Origin: Bacteroidales bacterium
Lineage (GTDB): Bacteria; Bacteroidota; Bacteroidia; Bacteroidales; VadinHA17
Length of the DNA: 64,000 bases
Assembly: GCA_007132995.1 (NCBI GenBank)
Contig: SLNP01000014.1
Coordinates: 3,049-67,048, forward strand
Direction of reading: 5' to 3'
The position numbers and the translations under genes are program-made. Below are positions 46,182 through 55,868 of this stretch, piece after piece; within the stretch, counting starts at the first letter, position 1, and the number at the start of each line of letters is the position of its first letter. The notes under the pieces are model-generated. The model was not told the DNA's origin. It made no database searches and worked only from the letters and a program-made list of their open reading frames with translations.

Positions 46182-48275
46182 TCAGAATTCGATAATCTTG
46201 AACTCTACCCTCCTGTTCCTGGCTCTTCCCTCTGCGGTCTCGTTGGTGTCAATTGGCTGAGACGATCCATACCCCCTTATCTCAACCCTGTCAGCTCTTA
46301 TACCCTTACCGGTAAGATATGCCGCAACCGAGCCTGCCCTTTCACGGCTAAGTGAGAGATTCAGGGATTCACTGCCGGTGCTGTCGGTATGACCGGAAAT
46401 CTCAATTCTCATACCAGGGTTGTTCTGCATGATACGCAACAGCTTCTCAAGCTCGCTAAACGACTCTGCGGTCAATATAGCACTTGCGGTCTCAAAGAAT
46501 ATATTCTGAAGAACCACCCTCTGGCCAACCTCCATCTTATTCATCAGGATAACTATTGAGTAGCTGTCGCCCGCAACTGTCTCCGGTATCTCCAGAGAAC
46601 GCATATCAGATATATACCCGTTGCTTCGTATCTCGGCCATGAACCTTCTTCGCGCACCCACATTCATCCTGAAAAAGCCGGTCTCTTCAGAGGTAATCGC
46701 AGATGCCACAATCTGACTGCTGACAGGATCAATAAGGTCTATCCTGGCCAGTAGCGGAGTCCTGTCGGCCGAATCGAGAACCCTGCCCTCTACTATGAAG
46801 ACGGCCTCCTCTTCCTCCTCTTTGGCAACCTCCCTTATTATCTCTCTTACAACTACGGTATCGACTACCCTTACAGTATCGGACCGTACAATCTCCGGCT
46901 CTGGTTCTTCTTCTTCTACTTCAGGCTCAGGCTCCGGTTCAGGAGGAAGCAATCTTGCTTTGTAAATATCAAAACCACCAAACCCACCTGGTCTGTTTGA
47001 GGCAAAATAGAAGAGACTGTCATCTGCTGCAGACCGGGTGAAGTGGATATCATCATATGGTGAATTAATCGGAACACCAGCATTAACAGGCTGTGACCAG
47101 CTGCCGTCATCGAGCCTGATGGTATAAAAGATATCGAAACCTCCCATTGAATTGTGACCCTGAGAGCTAAACCAGAGTGTGTCGCCGCCGGCTGAATAGG
47201 CAACCCCCTCTTCATCAAAAGGAGTGTTGATAACAGAACCGGCATTAAATGGGGTTCCCCACCTGTTTTCACCAATCTTTCTGATAAAATAGATATCCTT
47301 TCCTCCCTCACCCCCACGCCGGGAACTTACAAAGGCGATCTCATCGCCCGTTGGCGATATTGCAAAAGAGGTTTCCGGAAAGGGAGAGTTAACCATCGCA
47401 TCAAAGGGTCTGGGGCTTCTCCAAACTCCACCGCGTAATTCAGAGACCAGAATATCTCCTGCTCCCCTGTATCCGGCATATATATATAACCTGGTTCCAT
47501 CATCGCTCATGAAGAGAGGCGATTCGGAGTAGTTCGAGTTTATCTTTCCCTCTACCGGCATTGCCAGGCTCCACCTCCCGCTGCCTCTGGTGGAGATAAA
47601 TATCTTCTCATCAGGCATGTTATCGTCATAACGGCTTCGCGACCTATTGTCAACAGGCCTGCGGGAGGCAAAATAGAGCCGCAGATCATCAACTCCGGGC
47701 ACAGGGCTGTAATCATCGGCAGCGCTGTTAATGGTCTCGCCCATGTTAACTATTTCTATGCGGGCGGTATCTGAAGTTATCGATATTGCAGCATTGCACT
47801 CATCTATGAATCTCTTCACGCTCTCCAGGTCTGCCCTCCGGTCACCATGCATGGCATCCATATACTTTGTATACATACTAAGGGCCTCTATAAACATACC
47901 GCTATACTGATATGCCCTTCCAGTAAGCAGAAGGATATCATCGGCAACACCAGGGTCTGACTCAAGTGCACTCAAAAAAAACGGCAGAGCCTTCTCTCCG
48001 TTAAAGGTAAAGAGGGCAGTCACACCTATCTTATAATTAAGTGGCGCATAGTTGCTATTGTGGTCATACGCCTTGAGATATTCTCTAAAGGCTTCACTAT
48101 ACTCATTAACTCCCCTTGAGAAGTGCCTCTCACCCGCTCTGACGCTACGCCATGCATCGTCAAACCCGGGTTTGTCGGTTCTGAAATCTCTTCTGTTAAT
48201 GGAAACATCTTGCTGTCCGGCAATATCCGAAAAACAGAGAGCTATCACTACAGTCAACAACAATAATCTTTTCAT
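46182..48275 (-). CDS. OmpA-family protein with TPR-like, PD40/TolB-like repeat and carboxypeptidase-regulatory-like regions
   Basis: Signal peptide. Repeated ...DD.SP..S.DG..L.F.S.R... PD40-type units. Acidic PEPEPEPEVEEEEPEPE linker. C-terminal OmpA domain ISGHTDSTGS...NLSLSRERAGSV...NRRVEFKI. Confidence 0.8.
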   Translation of the reverse strand: MKRLLLLTVVIALCFSDIAGQQDVSINRRDFRTDKPGFDDAWRSVRAGERHFSRGVNEYSEAFREYLKAYDHNSNYAPLNYKIGVTALFTFNGEKALPFFLSALESDPGVADDILLLTGRAYQYSGMFIEALSMYTKYMDAMHGDRRADLESVKRFIDECNAAISITSDTARIEIVNMGETINSAADDYSPVPGVDDLRLYFASRRPVDNRSRSRYDDNMPDEKIFISTRGSGRWSLAMPVEGKINSNYSESPLFMSDDGTRLYIYAGYRGAGDILVSELRGGVWRSPRPFDAMVNSPFPETSFAISPTGDEIAFVSSRRGGEGGKDIYFIRKIGENRWGTPFNAGSVINTPFDEEGVAYSAGGDTLWFSSQGHNSMGGFDIFYTIRLDDGSWSQPVNAGVPINSPYDDIHFTRSAADDSLFYFASNRPGGFGGFDIYKARLLPPEPEPEPEVEEEEPEPEIVRSDTVRVVDTVVVREIIREVAKEEEEEAVFIVEGRVLDSADRTPLLARIDLIDPVSSQIVASAITSEETGFFRMNVGARRRFMAEIRSNGYISDMRSLEIPETVAGDSYSIVILMNKMEVGQRVVLQNIFFETASAILTAESFSELEKLLRIMQNNPGMRIEISGHTDSTGSESLNLSLSRERAGSVAAYLTGKGIRADRVEIRGYGSSQPIDTNETAEGRARNRRVEFKIIEF

Positions 48276-48560
48276 GCTCCGGTATATTTATTAAGGCAAC
48301 AAGCATATAGCCCTGCACATGCTCCACTTTAAAAGCCACATTGCAATCCGGACTATGAGACGGCCGGCCAAATGCTAAATTACTCTTTTTTTTTATTACC
48401 CCTTCACTGTACAATACATTATATATAATATGTGCTTATTGCCCTTCCCGTCATCTCATGACCTGTACATCTGAGCCGGCAACATAAAGAACCCAAGGCT
48501 GTCAAAGGCATATTAAGCATCTTCGGTTCTGCCTGATGCATCCTGCTCCATACTTTTTTA

Positions 48561-48568
48561 TATTTTTG
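48561..48568 (+). promoter_or_regulatory. Putative -7 box (TATTTTTG) for the Hpt-STAS pair
   Basis: tatttttg matches TAnnTTTG and lies 23 nt upstream of ATG 48591. Confidence 0.35.
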
Positions 48569-48590
48569 CGGATAACAATTGGGATTAGCG

Positions 48591-48941
48591 ATGAATGCGT
48601 ACAGATACATTAAGACCGAATACCTCGACATGGTGTCAGGAGGTGACAAAGGGGTAATTTCAGAATTGGTGGCACTCTTCAGCGATCAGGTTGTTGAATT
48701 TCACAAACAAATGGAGGAGTATCTGGAAGAGCACTCCTATAAGAAACTACGCATGATAGCTCACAAAGCGAAATCTTCAGTCGCCATAGTAGGCATGGAG
48801 GCGCTATCAGAAAAATTGAAAAGACTCGAATTAAAAAGTGATGAGGGTAATGCCAGGGAGGCAAGAGAAATAGTAGATTACTTTGGCACGGAGACAACCG
48901 AAGCCATTGAGGAGCTGAAGAGATACATAGATAGCTTATGA
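48591..48941 (+). CDS. Stand-alone Hpt (histidine phosphotransfer) domain protein
   Basis: Four-helix-bundle-sized protein with LRMIAHKAKSSVAIVGM (HxxKxS Hpt signature; His58 counted from ATG 48591). Confidence 0.7.
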   Translation: MNAYRYIKTEYLDMVSGGDKGVISELVALFSDQVVEFHKQMEEYLEEHSYKKLRMIAHKAKSSVAIVGMEALSEKLKRLELKSDEGNAREAREIVDYFGTETTEAIEELKRYIDSL

Positions 48942-49276
48942 TCAACATCGGGAAGTTGGACAATGTTGACCTTGTAGAATTCAGCAGTGACACCATCAAT
49001 GCGCTGGCCACCGAAGATCTCAAAGAGAAGATATACGAAGTACTAAGAGATGGAACCGGAAAAATGGTCGTTGACCTTAAGGGTGTAAGATACATAGACA
49101 GCTCAGGATTCGGACTCCTTCTCTCAATTACCAGGGTGGCAAAAGAGAACTATTGCAAAGTGAGATTCTGCTCGATAGAACCGGAAGTAATGAAGGTTCT
49201 CAGGATGTTGTTCCTGCATACAGTATTCACAATAGACACAAACAGGGATAGCTCAATTGCCGCCTTCAGGGCCTGA
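48938..49276 (+). CDS. STAS domain protein (SpoIIAA/RsbV-like anti-sigma-factor antagonist)
   Basis: VVDLKGVRYIDSSGFGLLLS (DSSG phospho-serine motif). The start overlaps the Hpt stop (ATGA at 48938-48941). Confidence 0.8.
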   Translation: MINIGKLDNVDLVEFSSDTINALATEDLKEKIYEVLRDGTGKMVVDLKGVRYIDSSGFGLLLSITRVAKENYCKVRFCSIEPEVMKVLRMLFLHTVFTIDTNRDSSIAAFRA

Positions 49277-49284
49277 CAGCCCGC

Positions 49285-51885
49285 TCAACCCTCCCTGCTT
49301 CTTATTGTGATGCCCTCGCCCTCTGCCACGGCCACGATACTATCACTCTTCTCAACCTCTCCTGCGATTATAGCTCTTGAGAGCTCATTAACAAGCGCTT
49401 TCTGAACCAGCCTTTTAACCGGCCTTGCACCGAACTGTCGGTCGAACCCCCTATCGGCAAGCCAGTCATAGACACTATCATCTACCGAAAGCTCTATATT
49501 TTCAGCACTCAGCATTCCCACTACCCTCTCAACCTGTATAACGGCAATCTCTCTCACATCGGCTCTGCTCAACGGATTGAACAACACAACCTCATCTACA
49601 CGATTCAGGAACTCCGGCCTTAAAACCCTCTTGAGCAGAACATTGAGCGCAACAACTGTCTTCTCTTTCCCGGCAGCAATGTCATCTCCATACTTTTCAT
49701 TCATCTCCTCAATAATATCCGAACCAAGATTTGAGGTCATTATTATTATCACATTCCTGAAATTAACAACGCGACCCTTGCTATCTGTTAGTCTCCCGTC
49801 GTCAAGTACCTGAAGGAGGATATTAAAGAGATCAGGATGCGCCTTCTCAATCTCATCAAGAAGAACTACAGAATAGGGTTTGTGTCTTACAGCTTCGGTC
49901 AACTGTCCACCTTCATCATAACCAACATAGCCGGGAGGAGCTCCTATAAGACGGGACACTGAATGCCTCTCCTGATATTCAGACATATCAATTCTGGTCA
50001 TCAGGTTCTCATCATTGAAGAGCAGCTCAGCCAGTGCTCTTGCTAACTCTGTCTTGCCAACCCCTGTAGAGCCAAGAAAAATGAATGATCCGACCGGACG
50101 GTTCTCGTCCTGCAAACCGGCACGGGAGCGCCTCACAGCATCTGAGACAACAGTTACAGCCTCACTCTGGCCAACGACCCTTTCCGACAGCTTCTCTTCA
50201 AGCCGTAACAGCTTCTCTCTCTCACTTTCAAGCATCCTGCTCACAGGTATCCCTGTCCATCTGGAAACTATCTCTGCAATATCCTCGCTACGCACATCTT
50301 CTCTTATAAGGGCACCCTTATCGCGCTTCTCGCCAATAACTCTCACAAGATCCCCTACCTCTTTTTCTACCTCCGGTATCTTGGCGTATTTCAGCTCTGC
50401 CACCTTTCCATAATCACCACTCCGTTCCGCTTCATCAGACATATCCCTTAATCGCTCAAGCATATTCTTCCGGTCCTGCATCTTATCAACTATCTCCTTT
50501 TCTGCCTGCCAGGACTTACGAAGTTCATCATTTCTGGATTTGAGTTTGGCAAGTTCGTCTGCCAACTCCTTCTCCTTCTGCCTGTCGCCATCGCGCCTTA
50601 CAGCCTCCCTCTCCACCTCCAGCCGCCTGATGTTCCTGTCTGACTCGTCGATCTCTTCCGGAAGGGAGTTCATCTCCAGCCTCAGGCGGGAGGCTGCTTC
50701 ATCTATCAGGTCTATAGCCTTATCAGGAAGGAACCGGTCGGTGATGTAGCGATACGAGAGATCGACCGCTGCAATAATAGCATCATCTCTTATTATCACT
50801 TTGTGATGTGACTCATACTTCTCCCGGAGACCGCGAAGTATAGATACTGAGTCAACCCTGTCGGGCTCATCAACAACTACAACCTGAAACCTTCGTTCCA
50901 GCGCCTTATCTTTTTCGAAATATTTCTGGTATTCATTAAGGGTAGTAGCCCCGATAGCCCTTAAATCACCCCTTGCAAGAGCAGGTTTTAGAATATTGGC
51001 GGCATCCATGGCTCCCTCCGATTTACCGGCACCTACCAATGTGTGTATCTCATCAATAAATAGCACAACTAAACCTTCAGAAGAGACCACCTCGTTTACC
51101 ACAGATTTGAGCCTCTCCTCAAACTCTCCCTTGTATTTGGCCCCGGCAATCAGTGCTCCCATATCAAGTGAATAGATGCTCTTTGATTTGATGTCCTCAG
51201 GCACATCTCCCCTCACTATTCTATGGGCAAGTCCCTCAACTATAGCCGTCTTGCCCACACCGGGTTCACCTATAAGGATGGGGTTGTTCTTCGATCTCCG
51301 TGTAAGAATCTGGAGTATTCTTCTTATCTCCTCGTCACGACCAATAACAGGATCGAGCTTGCCGCTGCGCGCAAGTTCATTAAGGTTAAGAGCGTACCTC
51401 TCCAGCGCGTTATAGGTATCTTCAGCGGTCTGGCTGTTTGCATGGCGCCCCTTTCTTAGTTCTGTAACGGCCCTCTCTACTGCATTACGGGTAAGACCAC
51501 AGCTCTTAAGTATCTCCGCTGCACCTCCTCCAAAAGATATTAACGCTATCAGAATATGTTCAAGAGCTATAAACTCATCCTTCATCTCTGACGCTATCTT
51601 GTGAGATTCCCTCAGAAGTACAGATGATTGAGGAGAAAGATAGGTGTCACCACCAGACACAACGGGTAGTACGGAGAGCTTCTTGTCAAGCAAACTATCC
51701 ATCTGCTGCTGGTCAACTTCAATCTTTGAAAAGATAAATGATAGGAGTGGCTCTCCGGCGCCCTTAAGGGCCTTAAGAATATGGAGCGGTTCTATCGACT
51801 GATGCCCCAAAGAGTGCGCCAAATCAAATGCATCCTGCAGAACCTCCTGCGACTTTATCGTATAATTATTACTGTTATATTTCAT
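49285..51885 (-). CDS. clpB: ATP-dependent chaperone ClpB
   Basis: Clp N domain, two AAA modules ([10 protein letters not shown] and [10 protein letters not shown]), a long coiled-coil middle domain, 866 aa. Confidence 0.95.
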   Translation of the reverse strand: MKYNSNNYTIKSQEVLQDAFDLAHSLGHQSIEPLHILKALKGAGEPLLSFIFSKIEVDQQQMDSLLDKKLSVLPVVSGGDTYLSPQSSVLLRESHKIASEMKDEFIALEHILIALISFGGGAAEILKSCGLTRNAVERAVTELRKGRHANSQTAEDTYNALERYALNLNELARSGKLDPVIGRDEEIRRILQILTRRSKNNPILIGEPGVGKTAIVEGLAHRIVRGDVPEDIKSKSIYSLDMGALIAGAKYKGEFEERLKSVVNEVVSSEGLVVLFIDEIHTLVGAGKSEGAMDAANILKPALARGDLRAIGATTLNEYQKYFEKDKALERRFQVVVVDEPDRVDSVSILRGLREKYESHHKVIIRDDAIIAAVDLSYRYITDRFLPDKAIDLIDEAASRLRLEMNSLPEEIDESDRNIRRLEVEREAVRRDGDRQKEKELADELAKLKSRNDELRKSWQAEKEIVDKMQDRKNMLERLRDMSDEAERSGDYGKVAELKYAKIPEVEKEVGDLVRVIGEKRDKGALIREDVRSEDIAEIVSRWTGIPVSRMLESEREKLLRLEEKLSERVVGQSEAVTVVSDAVRRSRAGLQDENRPVGSFIFLGSTGVGKTELARALAELLFNDENLMTRIDMSEYQERHSVSRLIGAPPGYVGYDEGGQLTEAVRHKPYSVVLLDEIEKAHPDLFNILLQVLDDGRLTDSKGRVVNFRNVIIIMTSNLGSDIIEEMNEKYGDDIAAGKEKTVVALNVLLKRVLRPEFLNRVDEVVLFNPLSRADVREIAVIQVERVVGMLSAENIELSVDDSVYDWLADRGFDRQFGARPVKRLVQKALVNELSRAIIAGEVEKSDSIVAVAEGEGITIRSREG

Positions 51886-52161
51886 GATATTAGAGCATTA
51901 CTTTAATACTTTATCCCGCCCCCAAGGTCCGGGTATCTCTTTTATCTGAAGGGGCATCAATAACCTTTCCACTATCAGCATGGATATGGTTTCATGACAT
52001 TATGACACTGAAGGCACACTGCTTGGTGACAAATTTTACATAGAGAGGTAACTGTTATAATCTATGCGGCAGCCAACAATAATACGGTCATTAGGTTTTT
52101 TGAATTCATTTTACTACTTTCATCACTTGCTTAATTGTTTAATAAACCTATCTAACCATAG

Positions 52162-55100
52162 ATGAGCGATAAGATACTAAGGGCCCTGATGCAGCTTTTC
52201 GCTATTATTGCAAGGCCCCAGAGCAGCGATACCGACAGGCGGGGGGTCGTTGAAGCATTCCTGAGAAGGCAGCTCAATCAGGAGCTGGTAAAGCAATACA
52301 TCAAATATTTCGATGAATACTACCGTGAAGCTCAGGAGAAACAGAGAAAAAGCAGTCAGGACAGACGAACCTCTGCAATCGCGGTAAGGGTTCTTAGAAT
52401 ATGCACGCAGATCAACGACCAGCTTACACAAGATCAAAAAATAATTGTACTTCTGCAGCTGTTTGAATTTTGCAAGTCAGACGCAGCGGGAATAAGCAAA
52501 CTGGAGCTTGAGTTTATTGAATCGGTTTCTGACACTTTCAATGTCTCTTCAAATGAGCACCAGCTACTCAAGGAGTTCATCATAAACGACTTCTCTAAGG
52601 TGCCCGAATCGCACGAAGTACTGGTAATTAACAGCAGGAAGAGTCTTGATGCTCCTTTTGCAAGGCATCTGATCAATGAGAGTTTGAAGTGTGAAATATG
52701 GGTACTCTTTGTACCCTCTGCAACCATGTATTTTGTTAAATACAGGGGTGCAGGAGAACTCTACATGAACGGACAGCTACTTGAAGAGGACAAGATATAC
52801 CCCTTTAATCCGGGGGCTTCTTTACGCGACCCCAAATCCTCTCCCATCTATTACAGTGACATAATAAGGCAGTTCATCCGGGAAGATCTGAAGGAGTCGC
52901 GGGTTGTATATGAGGCCAACTCAATAATGTATAAATTCAAGGGGGGCAATGTAGGTATCCACCCTATGTCCTTTACAGAAGAGTCGGGCAGGATGGTAGG
53001 AATAATGGGGGCAAGCGGGGCAGGCAAGTCAACTCTTCTCAATGTACTCAACGGCACCAACACACCGACAGATGGAGCTGTGCTTGTAAACGGCACAGAC
53101 ATACACAATGAAAAAGACAAGGTAAAGGGCCTGGTAGGATATGTCTCACAGGACGATCTTCTTATAGAGGAGCTTACAGTTTTCGAGAACCTCTATTATA
53201 ATGCGAAACTCTGCTTCGGTGACATGGACCCCGGGGATATCAGAGAGAAGGTCTTCGATACTCTCAGAAACCTGGGGTTATATGAGATAAGAGACATGAA
53301 GGTTGGCAGCCCTCTTAACAAGAAGATAAGTGGCGGGCAACGCAAAAGGCTTAATATCAGCCTTGAACTTATTCGAGAGCCATCAATAATGTTTCTTGAT
53401 GAGCCTACTTCAGGCCTCTCATCCAGAGATTCAGAGAACATCCTTGATCTACTTAAAGAGCTGTCGCTCAAGGGCAAGCTGCTTTTTGTGGTAATACATC
53501 AGCCATCATCCGACATATTCAAGATGTTCGACAGGCTGATAATTCTCGATACAGGAGGATACCTTATATATAATGGTAATCCGATATACTCTATAGAGTA
53601 TTTCAAAAGACTTATAAGCTACGCCAACTATAACGAGACAGAGTGTAACGCATGTGGAAATGTGAACCCGGAGCAGATTTTCAATATAGTTGAATCGAGG
53701 GTTCTAGATGAATATGGTCAGCCCACAAGCACAAGGAGGGTCTCTCCTAAGGAGTGGGGCGACAACTACAAAAACCACATTGAGGGTAAGGAGGAGAGCC
53801 CTGAACCGGGATGCGGCATTCCGAAAATCAATTTCAAAACCCCCGATAAGTTCCGGCAGTTTATGGTCTTTGTCAAAAGAGACCTGCTATCCAAGCTGGC
53901 TGACACCCAGTATCTGTTAATCACTCTTCTTGAGGCGCCGATACTGGCACTGTTTCTCTCATATCTCATAAAATACTATGACAGCAGTGCCAGAGATGCT
54001 GAGTACACTCTGCTCGATAATTCCAACCTGCCGGTCTATCTCTTTATGTCGGTCATAGTGGCTATATTCATGGGCTTGACCGTTAGTGCCGAAGAGATTA
54101 TTAAAGATCGCAAGATACTTAAGAGAGAGGCATTCCTGAATCTCAGCTGGAACAGCTACCTCTCTTCAAAGGTTGTTGTTCAGCTATTTATATCTGCCAT
54201 TCAGGCCTTCACCTTTGTTCTTATTGGTAATGCAATCACAGAGATCAGAGGAATGTGGTTTGAGTACTGGCTGGTACTCTTCTCTGCCTGGGCAACGGCC
54301 AATATGATGGGATTGCTGATTTCAGACAGTTTTAAGGCTGTTGTCACCATATATATACTTATACCTTTCCTGGTTATACCTCAGATAATTCTCTCGGGGG
54401 TTATGGTAAAGTATGAGAACTTAAATCCAAGACTCTCCTCTCCGGTCACAATACCATTATATGGAGAGGCCATAACTGCAAGATGGGGATATGAGGCACT
54501 TGCCGTGCTGCAGTTCAAAGATAATGCGTATATGAGAGAGCTCTACCCGGAAGAGAAGATAATGAGCATAACAAACTACCGGAAGGTTATATGGACCAAT
54601 GCACTTCTTTCGAAAATTAATGATATTGAGAATGCCCTGCTACGTGACAGAATGGATGAGCATACCAGAGATGACATTGAGATATTACGAAATGAATTTC
54701 TTTCTGAGGGAGAAAGGGTAGGCTACATATTCCCCGGCATGGAAAAGCTTGATAGCGGACTCATATCGATGGAGTTGCTCGAAGAGGCCCGTGACTACAT
54801 TGAGATATTGCGGAGACAGAATATAAGGATCTATAACGAGGCCAATGAGCGGAGAGATGCAAGGATAGAACACCTTATGGCAAAAGACAGAGAGGCGTTC
54901 CTTGACCTCAAAAAGAGGCACCATAACAACACCCTCGAAGAGTTTGTACGAAACAGCAACGAGAGAAACCGGGTTATTGAGTATGATGGGCGACTGGTTC
55001 AGAAAACAGACCCGATATTCAAAGATCCGGACAGCAGATTTATCAGGGCGCACTTCTACGCTCCGAGGAAACAGCTCTTCGGTCTCTTCATTGACACCTT

Positions 55101-55233
55101 CTGGGTCAATGTACTGGTTATGTGGGCCATGACCGGGCTTCTCTATCTGGCACTCTACTTCAGATTGCTTAAAAGAGCCCTTGATATGGCAGAGCTGCTT
55201 GCATATAAGATGAGGGGAAGAGGCAATGTGTAA
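52162..55233 (+). CDS. ABCG-type (NBD-TMD) ABC transporter with N-terminal helical plus FHA-like modules and a C-terminal helical extension
   Basis: Walker A GASGAGKST, signature ISGGQRKRL, Walker B IMFLDEPTSGL. ABC-2 type 6-TM permease. About 260 aa precede the NBD, and about 190 hydrophilic aa plus one further TM follow the permease. Confidence 0.85.
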   Translation: MSDKILRALMQLFAIIARPQSSDTDRRGVVEAFLRRQLNQELVKQYIKYFDEYYREAQEKQRKSSQDRRTSAIAVRVLRICTQINDQLTQDQKIIVLLQLFEFCKSDAAGISKLELEFIESVSDTFNVSSNEHQLLKEFIINDFSKVPESHEVLVINSRKSLDAPFARHLINESLKCEIWVLFVPSATMYFVKYRGAGELYMNGQLLEEDKIYPFNPGASLRDPKSSPIYYSDIIRQFIREDLKESRVVYEANSIMYKFKGGNVGIHPMSFTEESGRMVGIMGASGAGKSTLLNVLNGTNTPTDGAVLVNGTDIHNEKDKVKGLVGYVSQDDLLIEELTVFENLYYNAKLCFGDMDPGDIREKVFDTLRNLGLYEIRDMKVGSPLNKKISGGQRKRLNISLELIREPSIMFLDEPTSGLSSRDSENILDLLKELSLKGKLLFVVIHQPSSDIFKMFDRLIILDTGGYLIYNGNPIYSIEYFKRLISYANYNETECNACGNVNPEQIFNIVESRVLDEYGQPTSTRRVSPKEWGDNYKNHIEGKEESPEPGCGIPKINFKTPDKFRQFMVFVKRDLLSKLADTQYLLITLLEAPILALFLSYLIKYYDSSARDAEYTLLDNSNLPVYLFMSVIVAIFMGLTVSAEEIIKDRKILKREAFLNLSWNSYLSSKVVVQLFISAIQAFTFVLIGNAITEIRGMWFEYWLVLFSAWATANMMGLLISDSFKAVVTIYILIPFLVIPQIILSGVMVKYENLNPRLSSPVTIPLYGEAITARWGYEALAVLQFKDNAYMRELYPEEKIMSITNYRKVIWTNALLSKINDIENALLRDRMDEHTRDDIEILRNEFLSEGERVGYIFPGMEKLDSGLISMELLEEARDYIEILRRQNIRIYNEANERRDARIEHLMAKDREAFLDLKKRHHNNTLEEFVRNSNERNRVIEYDGRLVQKTDPIFKDPDSRFIRAHFYAPRKQLFGLFIDTFWVNVLVMWAMTGLLYLALYFRLLKRALDMAELLAYKMRGRGNV

Positions 55234-55304
55234 CCGGGGAGGATCTATTTAATAGACAGGATTGAATCATCCTTAATCCGGTAATCATGTATGCCGGTCA
55301 TATA

Positions 55305-55342
55305 AATAGCTAAGGGATCGCTTGTGCGATCCCTTAGCTATT
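55305..55342. terminator. Perfect 17-bp hairpin between the convergent ABC transporter and SiaC-like genes
   Basis: aatagctaagggatcgc (55305-55321) ttgt gcgatcccttagctatt (55326-55342). No clear U tract on the plus strand. UAUAUGA follows on the minus strand. Confidence 0.55.
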
Positions 55343-55466
55343 GTAGTGCAATCCTGTAAAACAACAAACAGCTTCCTTACTCTCAGGCATCTGCCATGCC
55401 TTACTCGAACAGAATCTGTTCAGGAAACCTATCTCATCACTAAGCAGGCCTGAGCCGGAGTTGAAC

Positions 55467-55847
55467 TTATTCGTTGATCTCTATCATCTTGAACGGGACA
55501 CGAATTATTGACTCGTAATCCTCACCCGCCTCAAGCATATCCTCATCATCCTCCTCATAGTACCAGTTAATCTCAACGGAGTTCTTAGCCTTGTGGATAG
55601 CTTCAAGCTTTTTGAATACATCAAGTATACATTTTGATGAACTGGTATTGAAATACTCAAGCTTGATATCAACGACAGTCTTATCCATAGGGGTATCCCT
55701 GTAGGAGTCAAGCCAGTCAATAATAGGTTTATAAAACTCTACGGAGTTCTCCGGAATAGAGCGCCCCTTGAGTTCAAAAACACCCTGTGCGGCGTCAAAC
55801 TTAACAGATGGCGTTTTGGTTGTTCCTTCAATAATAATAGGTTCCAT
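55467..55847 (-). CDS. SiaC-like regulatory phosphoprotein (DUF1987)
   Basis: PIIIEGTTKTPSVKFDAAQGVFELKGRSIPEN..FYKPIIDWL, LEYFNTSSSK and VEINWYYEEDDEDMLEAGEDY. ATG at 55847 (the track start at 55853 is TTG). Confidence 0.75.
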   Translation of the reverse strand: MEPIIIEGTTKTPSVKFDAAQGVFELKGRSIPENSVEFYKPIIDWLDSYRDTPMDKTVVDIKLEYFNTSSSKCILDVFKKLEAIHKAKNSVEINWYYEEDDEDMLEAGEDYESIIRVPFKMIEINE

Positions 55848-55868
55848 ACTCAATAGGTTTTTATATTT

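Noticed and set aside
49577-51459. Series of Ser/Leu-rich plus-strand ORFs inside clpB
   Set aside because: They are antisense shadows of the Glu/Arg/Leu-rich clpB coding strand. None has start context or motifs.
51886-52161. CIRCE or another known heat-shock operator upstream of clpB
   Set aside because: There is no TTAGCACTC-N9-GAGTGCTAA-like inverted repeat and no TAnnTTTG box that I could place. I left it unannotated.
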